Source: Methanococcus maripaludis (GTDB taxonomy: Archaea > AGJL01 > Methanococci > Methanococcales > Methanococcaceae). From it: 32,000 nt of DNA. Shown here piece by piece: positions 10,675 through 18,886 of the stretch. Under the pieces are notes generated by a model. That model worked only from the letters and a program-made list of their open reading frames with translations. It ran no database searches and was not told where the DNA came from. The DNA is taken from NCBI RefSeq assembly GCF_002945325.1, contig NZ_CP026606.1, positions 1 to 32,000 of the forward strand, written 5' to 3'. Position 1 is the first letter of the stretch. Each line of letters starts with the position of its first letter. The translations under genes and the position numbers were made by a program.

Positions 10675-11427
10675 ATGATTATTGCAGTTACTGGAAAAGG
10701 CGGAGTTGGAAAAACTCTTCTTTCATCTTTAATAATTAGGAATCTTACTAAAAGTGGAAAAAACATCTTGGCAATAGATGCAGATCCAGATTCCAACCTC
10801 CCTGAAGCTCTTGGGGTGGAAGTGACAAAAACCGTTGGAGATGCAAGGGAAGAGTTAAAAAAAGAAGTTAGATCTGGAAATACATCTCCAGAAATGGATA
10901 TGTGGAATAGTTTAGACTATAAAATTATGGAATCAATTATAGAAACTCCAGAATTTGATCTTCTTGTAATGGGCCGACCTGAAGGAAGTGGCTGTTACTG
11001 CGCTGTGAATAACATGCTCAGAAAAATCATTGAAACAGTTTCTTCAAATTATGATATTGTAGTAATTGATACAGAGGCAGGACTCGAACATTTGAGCAGA
11101 AGAACTACCCAAAATGTTGATACTCTACTTGTAGTTACTGATTCATCAAAAAGAGGAATTTTAACTGCTAGCAGAATAAAAGAGCTTGCAAAAGAACTGG
11201 ATATCAGCTTTAAAAATTTATACCTTGTATTAAATAGGATAAAACCTGAAAACGAAGAAAACGTTCGTGAAACGGTTAAAGACTTCGGTCTAGATATTAT
11301 TGGAATAATATACGACGACGAACTTACAGAAAGCTATGATATGGAAGGAAAACCATTATTTGAACTTCCTGATGATTCAGAGACTGTAAATTCCGTTTCA
11401 AAAATCGTTGAAAAAATCTTAGGATAA
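10675..11427 (+). CDS. cooC: CooC/AcsF-type Ni-insertion ATPase (CODH/ACS maturation factor)
   Basis: N-terminal P-loop GKGGVGKT, CxC metal motif GSGCYCA, MinD/ParA-like length. It sits between cdhC and cdhD, as in other archaeal cdh operons. Confidence 0.85.
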   Translation: MIIAVTGKGGVGKTLLSSLIIRNLTKSGKNILAIDADPDSNLPEALGVEVTKTVGDAREELKKEVRSGNTSPEMDMWNSLDYKIMESIIETPEFDLLVMGRPEGSGCYCAVNNMLRKIIETVSSNYDIVVIDTEAGLEHLSRRTTQNVDTLLVVTDSSKRGILTASRIKELAKELDISFKNLYLVLNRIKPENEENVRETVKDFGLDIIGIIYDDELTESYDMEGKPLFELPDDSETVNSVSKIVEKILG

Positions 11428-11441
11428 CGGGATGTGAAATC

Positions 11442-12596
11442 ATGGATACGATGTCACAGATTCTAAAATTACTCGAAAAAACCGATTCGATCGAAATAAA
11501 CGAGTTTAGAATGGATGTAGATGAGTTGGAATTAACCATAATGCCTACACTACAAAATGTTGTTCAAAAAGTTGTTGAAAAACAAATTGAAGCTAAAAAA
11601 GAATTCGAAAGTCAGATTGAATTCAAATACCCTGTAAAAGACTACGCTGGGAAAGTAAACGAAGTTAAACTCGGTGGAAAGAACAGAAAAACCGTTAAAC
11701 TCGGTGGACAGACCAGTCTTTACAGATTTGAAGAACCTCAACCAAATGCACCAACTGTTACTTTCGATGTATTTGATATTCCAATGAACGGTCTTCCAAG
11801 ACCAATTAAAGAAAATTTTGAAGATGTAATGCACAGTCCTGGAGAATGGGCAGAGAAAGCCGTTAAGGAATTTGGTGCGGATATGATTACACTTCACTTG
11901 ATTGGAACTGACCCAAAAGTTAAGGATAAATCATTAAAAGATGCGGCAAAAGACTTGGAAGAAGTTTTACAGGCTGTAAAAGTTCCTTTGGTAATTGGTG
12001 GTTCAGGTAACCCTAAAAAAGACCCGCTTGTTCTTGAAATGGCTGCAGAAGTTGCAGATGGAGAAAGATGTCTTTTGGCTTCAGCAAACCTTGATTTGGA
12101 TTACCAAAAAATTGCACAGGCAGCAGTTAAACACGACCATGCAGTTCTTTCATGGGCAATTTCAGACATAAATATGCAGAAAGTGTTAAACAAAGCACTC
12201 ATGAAAGAGGGTTTAACAGCTAACGATATTGTAATGGACCCAACAACATGTGCTCTTGGTTACGGTATTGAATTCTCAATTGATGTGATGACAAGAACAA
12301 GACTTTCTGCTTTGAAAGGAGAAGAAATTTTACAGATGCCAATGTCCTCTGGAACCACAAATGCATGGGGTTCAAGAGAAGCTTGGATGAAGAAAGACGA
12401 ATGGGGGCCTACAAAGTACAGAGGACCTATTTGGGAAGTTGTCACAGGTCTTACAATGATGCTCTGCGGAGTTGACATATTCATGATGTTGCACCCGCTT
12501 TCAGTTAAAACATTGAAAGAAATAGGAACAACACTCACTTACGAATACAAATCAAAAGAATCCCAGGATCTTTCCGACTGGATAACTAAATTCTAA
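11442..12596 (+). CDS. cdhD: Acetyl-CoA decarbonylase/synthase complex subunit delta (corrinoid protein small subunit)
   Basis: 384 aa with no N-terminal Fe-S motif. Assigned from operon position and AcsD/CdhD-like sequence (VKLGG..., TTCALGYGIEFS). Confidence 0.85.
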   Translation: MDTMSQILKLLEKTDSIEINEFRMDVDELELTIMPTLQNVVQKVVEKQIEAKKEFESQIEFKYPVKDYAGKVNEVKLGGKNRKTVKLGGQTSLYRFEEPQPNAPTVTFDVFDIPMNGLPRPIKENFEDVMHSPGEWAEKAVKEFGADMITLHLIGTDPKVKDKSLKDAAKDLEEVLQAVKVPLVIGGSGNPKKDPLVLEMAAEVADGERCLLASANLDLDYQKIAQAAVKHDHAVLSWAISDINMQKVLNKALMKEGLTANDIVMDPTTCALGYGIEFSIDVMTRTRLSALKGEEILQMPMSSGTTNAWGSREAWMKKDEWGPTKYRGPIWEVVTGLTMMLCGVDIFMMLHPLSVKTLKEIGTTLTYEYKSKESQDLSDWITKF

Positions 12597-12609
12597 GGGG
12601 GTTTTAAAA

Positions 12610-13983
12610 GTGAAAGTTACAGCAATGGATATTTACAAATTACTTCCTAAGACGAACTGTGGAAAATGTGGCGATGCATCATGTATGGCATTCGCAGCTA
12701 AACTCTCCCAAAAGGAAGCAGAACTTTCGGCCTGCCCTCAACTTAAAGGTGCTGATTTTGAAAAACTGGCAAACATGCTCGCTCCAGCAGTAAAAGAAAT
12801 TAAAATTGGAACTGGTAATAAAGCAGTTACAATTGGTGGAGACGAAGTATTATACAGATACGAACTTACTTACTACAACCCAACCGCAATAGCAGTTGAT
12901 CTAAGCGACGATATGGATGATTCTGCATTTGATCAGAAATTGGTGAAAATCAAAAACTTGGAATTTGAAAGAACTGGTGAAATTCTTAAATTGAATGCAG
13001 TAGCTTTGAGAAATAAATCAGGAGATTCTGAACAATTCAAAAAAGCTGCAGAAAAATTAAAAGATTCAGAAATTCCAGTAATTCTCTGTTCATTCGATTC
13101 CAAGGCAATGGATGCTGCACTTGACGTACTCGGATCAAAAAGGCCTTTGATATATGCAGCAACCGAAAACAATATCGATGAAATGTCAAAATTGGCATTA
13201 AAACACAACTGTCCGATTTCATTATTTGTTCCAAACGATCTTGAAAAAATGAAACAGCTCTCAAGAAAATTGAGGGAATCTGGCGTTAAAGACATAGTAT
13301 TAGACCCTGGAACTTACATTGGTGAAGCAATCGCAGATACAATGGACAACTTTATCATGATAAGGAGACTTGCAGTTGAAGAAAAAGACGACGATTTCAG
13401 ATTCCCAATTTTGGCAGTTCCTGCAGTTTGCTGGATAAATCCAGATGGGGACGAAATATTAACAAAAATGAAAGAAGCAACAACTGCGGCAGCACTCATG
13501 AACAGGTATGCTGATGTAATGATATTACACGGAATAGATATCTGGGAGATGATGCCTGTTTTAACACTTAGACAGAGCTTATACACTGATCCGAGAAAAC
13601 CACAATCCGTTGAATCAAAAATCTATGAATTTGGAACAGTTGATGAAAATTCACCGGTAATTATGACTACAAACTTTGCATTAACATACTACACGGTTGC
13701 AGGGGATTTGAAATCTGGAAAAGTAAACTGTTACTTACTTGTGCTTGATACAAATGGAAAAGCAGTTGACGTGGCAGTTGCAGGCGGTCAGTTTAACGGA
13801 AAAGCAGCGGCTGAACTTATAAAAGATACGGGAATCGAAAAATTAGTTAACCATAAAAAATTGATCATCCCTGGACTTGCAGCATCCGTATCGGGAGATA
13901 TTGAAGACCAGTCCGGATGGGAAGTAATTGTTGGTACGAGAGATTCCTCGGAAGTCCCTGCTTTCTTAGCAAAGATATGGTGA
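12610..13983 (+). CDS. cdhE: Acetyl-CoA decarbonylase/synthase complex subunit gamma (corrinoid/Fe-S protein large subunit)
   Basis: N-terminal [4Fe-4S] motif YKLLPKTNCGKCGDASCMAFA...CP is typical of CdhE/AcsC. GTG start at 12610 lies after SD AAGGGGG; ATG 12625 is an alternative. Confidence 0.88.
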   Translation: MKVTAMDIYKLLPKTNCGKCGDASCMAFAAKLSQKEAELSACPQLKGADFEKLANMLAPAVKEIKIGTGNKAVTIGGDEVLYRYELTYYNPTAIAVDLSDDMDDSAFDQKLVKIKNLEFERTGEILKLNAVALRNKSGDSEQFKKAAEKLKDSEIPVILCSFDSKAMDAALDVLGSKRPLIYAATENNIDEMSKLALKHNCPISLFVPNDLEKMKQLSRKLRESGVKDIVLDPGTYIGEAIADTMDNFIMIRRLAVEEKDDDFRFPILAVPAVCWINPDGDEILTKMKEATTAAALMNRYADVMILHGIDIWEMMPVLTLRQSLYTDPRKPQSVESKIYEFGTVDENSPVIMTTNFALTYYTVAGDLKSGKVNCYLLVLDTNGKAVDVAVAGGQFNGKAAAELIKDTGIEKLVNHKKLIIPGLAASVSGDIEDQSGWEVIVGTRDSSEVPAFLAKIW

Positions 13984-13987
13984 TTTC

Positions 13988-14452
13988 ATGAAATCATTAA
14001 TGGTAGTTGATGCAAGAAAATGTACAGAATGTAACGACTGTATAGAAGCATGTAAAAAAGAACACGGGGTTGCAAGAGCTATTAAAACTCATTCAATCCC
14101 GATGTTTTGCTTACAGTGCCATCCTGACAAAGCACCTTGTAAACAGGTATGTCCAGTAAATGCTATTGAAGAATTAGATGGTGCACTTGTAGTTGATGAA
14201 GAATCCTGCATATTATGCAGACTTTGTATGGTTGCCTGTCCTATTGGAGCACTTACGATAAATAAAGATGCAAAATCAGTTCAAAAATGTACTCTCTGCA
14301 TGGAAACTGATAGAATGCTTCCAGCATGTGTTGAAGCATGTAAAAGCAATGTTTTGAAGTTATTCTCTGTAGAAGATTTAGAAGAACTTAAAAGAGAAAA
14401 ATCACACATGGATGTTGTTATCGAGTCCTTAAAAATGTACCGGGATGAATAA
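13988..14452 (+). CDS. CooF/HycB-type polyferredoxin (four Cys groups), probable electron carrier for CODH/ACS
   Basis: Four Cys groups: CTECNDCIEAC, CLQC..x7..CKQVCP, CILCRLCMVACP, CTLC..x9..CVEAC. SD GGTGAT plus 3 nt precedes the ATG, 4 nt after the cdhE stop. Confidence 0.8.
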   Translation: MKSLMVVDARKCTECNDCIEACKKEHGVARAIKTHSIPMFCLQCHPDKAPCKQVCPVNAIEELDGALVVDEESCILCRLCMVACPIGALTINKDAKSVQKCTLCMETDRMLPACVEACKSNVLKLFSVEDLEELKREKSHMDVVIESLKMYRDE

Positions 14453-14493
14453 CATCCTTTTTTAATTTTATTGTATTTTGAATTAAGTAATAA

Positions 14494-14501
14494 TTTATAA
14501 A
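14494..14501 (+). promoter_or_regulatory. Candidate TATA box for the CooT-like small ORF
   Basis: TTTATAAA lies ~55 nt upstream of ATG 14557, after a T6 tract (ccTTTTTTaatttt) that follows the ferredoxin stop. Confidence 0.3.
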
Positions 14502-14556
14502 AGTATTTTAAACAATAGGCAGATAAAATTAATTAAAAATAACAGGGGCGATATTT

Positions 14557-14736
14557 ATGTGTGAATCAACAGTTTATTTGGACGATGGTACTGTAGTAAT
14601 GGCTGATGTTATGAAAATAGTCGTAAATGGTGATACCTTAGAATTTTACGACATATTAAACAATAAAAAAGAAATCAAGGCTAAATTCAATGTTTTGGAT
14701 TTAGAAGGCCATAAAATAGTTGTTACTGAATTATAA
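14557..14736 (+). CDS. cooT: CooT-like small nickel-binding CODH accessory protein (59 aa), not in the supplied ORF track
   Basis: My translation: MCESTVYLDDGTVVMADVMKIVVNGDTLEFYDILNNKKEIKAKFNVLDLEGHKIVVTEL*. Met-Cys N-terminus, ~60 aa, and a C-terminal hydrophobic 'HKIVV' strand, as I recall for the CooT family. SD-like CAGGGGCG lies 6 nt upstream. It sits between the cdh operon and cooC2. Confidence 0.65.
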   Translation: MCESTVYLDDGTVVMADVMKIVVNGDTLEFYDILNNKKEIKAKFNVLDLEGHKIVVTEL

Positions 14737-14748
14737 TTCTTTAATTTT

Positions 14749-15531
14749 TTAATTTTTAAGATTCATTATTTTTTCTGAAATTTTTCTAATTTCGATATGC
14801 GCTTTTGAATTTTCATATTTTACAAGAGGTTCTCTTTTCATATCTGCAACAGATACTTCTGGGTCGTATGGGATGCATCCTAGTATTTCAAGGCCAATTC
14901 TGTTTAAATTTTCACTTGCAAAACTTTTTTCAGTTTCATTTGAAATTTTATTTAATACACATACGATTTTTTTAATTCCAATTTCTTCTGCAAGTTTTTT
15001 AATCCTTTCAACAGTTTCCATAGATTTTGAGCTTGCTTCTGAAACAACAATCATTACATCGACAGCTTCTGCAGTTTTTCTGCCCAAATGTTCGATCCCA
15101 GCTTCCATATCTAGTATTACAACTTCGTCTTTTTTCAAAATTAAATTTCTAATAAGTGCTTTTAAAAGAACTGATGCAGGACATACACAGCCCGTTCCAC
15201 CTTTTTCAACGGTGCCCATGACCATTATTTTTAAATTGCCTTGTTTATCGTAATTTACAGATAATTTTTCTGGAAGGTCGCTTGTTTTTGGATTTATTTT
15301 AAAAACTTCTCCAAATGATGAACCCTGCTCAGCACCGGTTCTTTCTTTTATCAATTCTTTCATTTTTGAAATAGGAGTTATTTTATCAGTTATTCCAAGA
15401 CTTGAAGCTAAATTCATGTCAGGGTCTGCATCTATTGCATAAACTTTGTATTTTTCTGATAATATACAAGCTAAAGTTCCGGAAAATGTTGTTTTTCCAA
15501 CTCCTCCTTTTCCAGTAATTGCAATCTTCAT
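14749..15531 (-). CDS. cooC: Second CooC/AcsF-type Ni-insertion ATPase
   Basis: P-loop GKGGVGKTT and CxC motif GTGCVCPAS. 260 aa. Its start ATG overlaps the stop of the upstream DUF166-like gene (ATGA at 15531-15528). Confidence 0.85.
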   Translation of the reverse strand: MKIAITGKGGVGKTTFSGTLACILSEKYKVYAIDADPDMNLASSLGITDKITPISKMKELIKERTGAEQGSSFGEVFKINPKTSDLPEKLSVNYDKQGNLKIMVMGTVEKGGTGCVCPASVLLKALIRNLILKKDEVVILDMEAGIEHLGRKTAEAVDVMIVVSEASSKSMETVERIKKLAEEIGIKKIVCVLNKISNETEKSFASENLNRIGLEILGCIPYDPEVSVADMKREPLVKYENSKAHIEIRKISEKIMNLKN

Positions 15532-16184
15532 TTACTCACCCGTTTATTCAATGCTTTTTCAAATGCGTCGTGATGAAATGTTGCAGCTTTGTATCGCCCA
15601 CTTTCTTCATCTGAAAAAAGTCTGATTCTGCCTGCTCTACAAGGATAGTGCTGTATTCTAAGCCCTGCTTTTGTTGGAATATCTGAAATATTTTTTCCAA
15701 GTAAATCTTCTGCAACAAAGTTTGTACCCCCACATGGAGAGCCCCTTATAACTTTTATTTCGGTTGCGATGTCATTTTCAACTTTAATCTCAACTTTTGG
15801 CTTTCCAAATTTTGATACAAATTCATCAAATATTTCGTTTCCATTTTCAACGAGCTCGCACATGATGTCTGGACATATCACGTTTTTAAATGATTCAAGC
15901 TGGTTTTTTAGTCCTTTTCCTTTCCAAGCTCCAACTATTATATATCCAACGTTATCATAAACCTGTTCGACTAAATCGAAAGTAATGTCTGGATTTAGTA
16001 TGTAAGTAATTAAAATATCTGCAGATTTTATTTTTGCAACCTGTTCTTTTGGAAATTCTGTAAAATCGTCAATAGATTCGGGTTTTGGAATATCTAAAAT
16101 AATATATTCACATTCAAATTCTTTTTTAATCGTATCGTATGCTCTTTCCCCAAACGGCCCGTCAGAAACTACAAAAACTTTCAT
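15528..16184 (-). CDS. DUF166-like (COG1810-like) protein, stand-alone paralog
   Basis: 218 aa. It shares the motifs listed for 5374-6249 (GSPCGGTNFVAEDLLG, HYPCRAG) and lacks the ferredoxin tail. Confidence 0.6.
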   Translation of the reverse strand: MKVFVVSDGPFGERAYDTIKKEFECEYIILDIPKPESIDDFTEFPKEQVAKIKSADILITYILNPDITFDLVEQVYDNVGYIIVGAWKGKGLKNQLESFKNVICPDIMCELVENGNEIFDEFVSKFGKPKVEIKVENDIATEIKVIRGSPCGGTNFVAEDLLGKNISDIPTKAGLRIQHYPCRAGRIRLFSDEESGRYKAATFHHDAFEKALNKRVSK

Positions 16185-16402
16185 TTTTTCACAATTTTAG
16201 TTTAAATCAATTATATTTTACTAATTATATACCTATTCCGGATAGACTTATTAAAACTATTAATTAATTGTATCATATTTTGATAGTTAATAACTAATTT
16301 TGAACATATGTGCGAAAAAATAAGGGATAAATAGTATATTGATACAATAGTCAAGAGATGCATTATTCAAATAGCTATTAAAAATATTAATGAGGTAACT
16401 AC

Positions 16403-17254
16403 ATGAATTCAAAATATGCTATTTTATTGGTTGGACTTGTGGCACTCACCGTAATGTTTAGCGGTTGTACATCCAGTTCAAGTGCTGCAGAACCTGTAGA
16501 AAAAGAAATATTAACAGTGTACAGTTGTGGCGGACCTACTGAAGCTTTGGCTGATGTAAACGCAGAATTTGAAAAAGAATACAATTGTGAAATTAGATTT
16601 ACCGGAGCCGCTGCCGGAAAATTGAGGAAAGCTTTAGAAGACGGCGCTTATGCTGACGTATTTTTACCAAGATCTGTTACTCATTCCGAAGTTTTAGCAA
16701 ATGCAGGATTAATGAACCCAGATTATAAGGTTTACCAGTTTACGGACTGGGTTATCATAACTCCAGTTGGAAACCCTAAAAACGTTTCAACAATTGAGGA
16801 TTTATTAAATGACGATGTTAACGTTTATACAAACTCAAAATCATCAATACCTGCTTTAAAAGCAATGGCTCCAGAAGCAGAGTCAATCAACGCAATTTAT
16901 GAAAAAAGTGCAAAAGATTACGACTGCTACAGAAAAATGTTAAGCGATGTTGCTTCAGGAAATGCAGACGCAGCTCTTGTTGAAAGAAGATGTACAACAT
17001 TACCAGGTATTGCTGGAAATATTGAAGTTATTGACCTTCCAAGAGAAACAATGACTCCACAAATAGGCATATTCACTGTTGGTGTTATGAACTATACAGA
17101 ACACGTAGACCTTGCATACAAGTACCAGGAATTTGTACTTACTGAACAAGCACAGGCTATTCTTGCAGATCACGGATTTATTCCAGTATATTCAGAACAA
17201 GGACAGGAATTATACAACAATTACTATCCTGAATATCTTTCATTAAATAACTAA
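16403..17254 (+). CDS. Lipoprotein-type periplasmic binding protein, ModA/WtpA-like (oxyanion-binding PBP type II fold)
   Basis: Signal peptide plus lipobox (VMFSGC). The overall pattern resembles ModA: LTVYSCGGPTEAL..., FTGAAAGKL, ADVFLPRS, GNADAALVERR, ...QAILADHGF. SD GAGGTAA lies upstream. Confidence 0.6.
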   Translation: MNSKYAILLVGLVALTVMFSGCTSSSSAAEPVEKEILTVYSCGGPTEALADVNAEFEKEYNCEIRFTGAAAGKLRKALEDGAYADVFLPRSVTHSEVLANAGLMNPDYKVYQFTDWVIITPVGNPKNVSTIEDLLNDDVNVYTNSKSSIPALKAMAPEAESINAIYEKSAKDYDCYRKMLSDVASGNADAALVERRCTTLPGIAGNIEVIDLPRETMTPQIGIFTVGVMNYTEHVDLAYKYQEFVLTEQAQAILADHGFIPVYSEQGQELYNNYYPEYLSLNN

Positions 17255-17292
17255 TTTTATTATTTTTTTATTTTTAATTTATTTTTAATTTA
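17255..17292 (+). terminator. T-rich intercistronic tract after the binding-protein gene (candidate terminator or attenuator)
   Basis: T4, T7, T5 and T5 runs lie within 38 nt, between the TAA stop and the SD of the next gene. Confidence 0.35.
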
Positions 17293-17305
17293 CACAGGTG
17301 AAAAT

Positions 17306-17965
17306 TTGAAAGAAAAGAAATTTGAACTTAAATCTAAACTCAAAAAAACCAATTTTTTTAATCTCGTAAAATATGGATTTTTTTTAGTTGCAATTCCATC
17401 AGTATTTTTAGTTATATTCCGATGTCCATACACGGTTCCCTTTTTAGTCTGTGATCTCTGTCCTGTTATAGACTGTCCTTCAAAAAATTACAGGCGTTTA
17501 ATTTTTGGAGCACTTCTTGGTTATGTTGCAATTACAAGAGTTGATTTTTGCGGGAAAGTATGCCCTCTTGGAACTTTAAATGATCTTTTCTACAAAGTAA
17601 AAATGAAAATATCTAAAAAACCATTAAAGTTATCACTGGAACTGAAAATAATACTTGATCTACTCAAATGGACCATATTTTTGTTTGTAATTATTGCAAT
17701 AATCAATGGAAACCCTAGATTTTACATACCAATCCATGCAGGAGAACTTTTAGACTCAATCAGGCTTTCTCTACTTGCCGGTGGAAATGCATATTATGCA
17801 AGGCTTATACTTGTTTTAGGTGCAATTTCTTTAGGTGTAGTCATCCCGAGATTTTGGTGCAGATATATCTGTCCATATGGGACCACGATTCAGTTGACAA
17901 AAAAAGGAATAAAGAAAGTAAAAGCACACACCTGTACAAATTGTGGAAAACATGATTCAAACTGA
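17306..17965 (+). CDS. Polytopic membrane protein with NapH/NosR-type CxxxCPxG motifs
   Basis: About 4 predicted TM segments. Two CxxxCPxGT motifs (FCGKVCPLGTL, WCRYICPYGTT) and an N-terminal CPY..CDLCPVIDCP. The C-terminus ends in a partial ferredoxin motif, CTNCGK. TTG start follows GGTGAA plus AAT. Confidence 0.55.
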   Translation: MKEKKFELKSKLKKTNFFNLVKYGFFLVAIPSVFLVIFRCPYTVPFLVCDLCPVIDCPSKNYRRLIFGALLGYVAITRVDFCGKVCPLGTLNDLFYKVKMKISKKPLKLSLELKIILDLLKWTIFLFVIIAIINGNPRFYIPIHAGELLDSIRLSLLAGGNAYYARLILVLGAISLGVVIPRFWCRYICPYGTTIQLTKKGIKKVKAHTCTNCGKHDSN

Positions 17966-18809
17966 TGCAATTTTTATATCTTTAGAACATTCCCTTAATT
18001 TTTTTTCAGAAGCGTTTGTTTACATACTCTTTGGTTTTCTGATGTCTGCTTATATTAAAGTAAAACTTAAGGGAAAATTAAGACAAAAATTTGTCCATAT
18101 ATTGGATAATTCAAAAAAATCAATAATCATTGCATCGTTAATTGGCGCAGTACTGCCATTATGTTCTGCAAGCGGAGTTCCTGTTGCAAATGTAATGAAC
18201 TCAAAAGGAACAAATCTTGGAATTACAATGTCTTTTATAGTTTCTGCTTCATCAATAACTCCTCTTGGGGTAATGCTCACTTATTCTTTATTGGGATACG
18301 AAATAGCGGTAATGCAGATTTGTGCATCACTCGTTCTAGCCTGTTCTCTTGGAATTATATTTTATAACGATAAAATTCCATTTTATTTTGAAGAATACGA
18401 TGTAAAAGCTGAAGAAACATTTTTAAAAGTACTTTTTAAACAGATGAAGAATTTAATGCCTGCAATAATGATTGGTTTTTTAATTTCTGGGTTTATGATG
18501 TATTTTATTCCAAAAGACATAATATTATACGCCCTTTCAAACAATGTTATGATGTATTTTTACGCGTCAGTTGCAAGAATCTTTATATTTTTATGCCCAA
18601 ATGCAATGATTCCATTAATTAGTTCTGTTGCAATTAACGGCGTTCCAAAGGGCCTTATCTTATCCTTTTTAATATCTGCCCCATCAATAGGTCTTCCGAT
18701 GATTTCTGCAATGTTAAAGGTTTATGGTAAGAAAATTGCACTAAAATATGTTTTTGGAGTAATTATGTTGGGCGGTATAATCGGGATTTTAGTAGATATT
18801 TTATTATAA
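17952..18809 (+). CDS. COG0701/ArsP-like (DUF318) permease
   Basis: ~8 hydrophobic segments. LPLCSASGVPVA resembles the Cys-containing loop of this permease family. The start is ATG 17952 or GTG 17943; either overlaps the upstream gene by 14-23 nt. Confidence 0.5.
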   Translation: MIQTDAIFISLEHSLNFFSEAFVYILFGFLMSAYIKVKLKGKLRQKFVHILDNSKKSIIIASLIGAVLPLCSASGVPVANVMNSKGTNLGITMSFIVSASSITPLGVMLTYSLLGYEIAVMQICASLVLACSLGIIFYNDKIPFYFEEYDVKAEETFLKVLFKQMKNLMPAIMIGFLISGFMMYFIPKDIILYALSNNVMMYFYASVARIFIFLCPNAMIPLISSVAINGVPKGLILSFLISAPSIGLPMISAMLKVYGKKIALKYVFGVIMLGGIIGILVDILL

Positions 18810-18886
18810 CCTTTTAATTGCGATTAATCGAAAAAACTATATACTTCTTTAAACTTATTATTTTATGACTACGCGGGGGCAATATT

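Noticed and set aside
11664-11708. Exact 15-bp direct repeat GTTAAACTCGGTGGA (11664-11678 and 11694-11708) inside cdhD.
   Set aside because: It encodes the duplicated peptide VKLGG in frame within an intact, well-conserved gene. It is an internal sequence duplication of the protein, not a mobile or regulatory repeat.
17963-17998. Possible selenocysteine read-through of the TGA ending the NapH-like gene; Methanococcus encodes selenoproteins.
   Set aside because: Read-through adds only 10 codons (UCNFYIFRTFP) before a TAA. I saw no SECIS-like structure downstream. The region is already the coding start of the permease gene.
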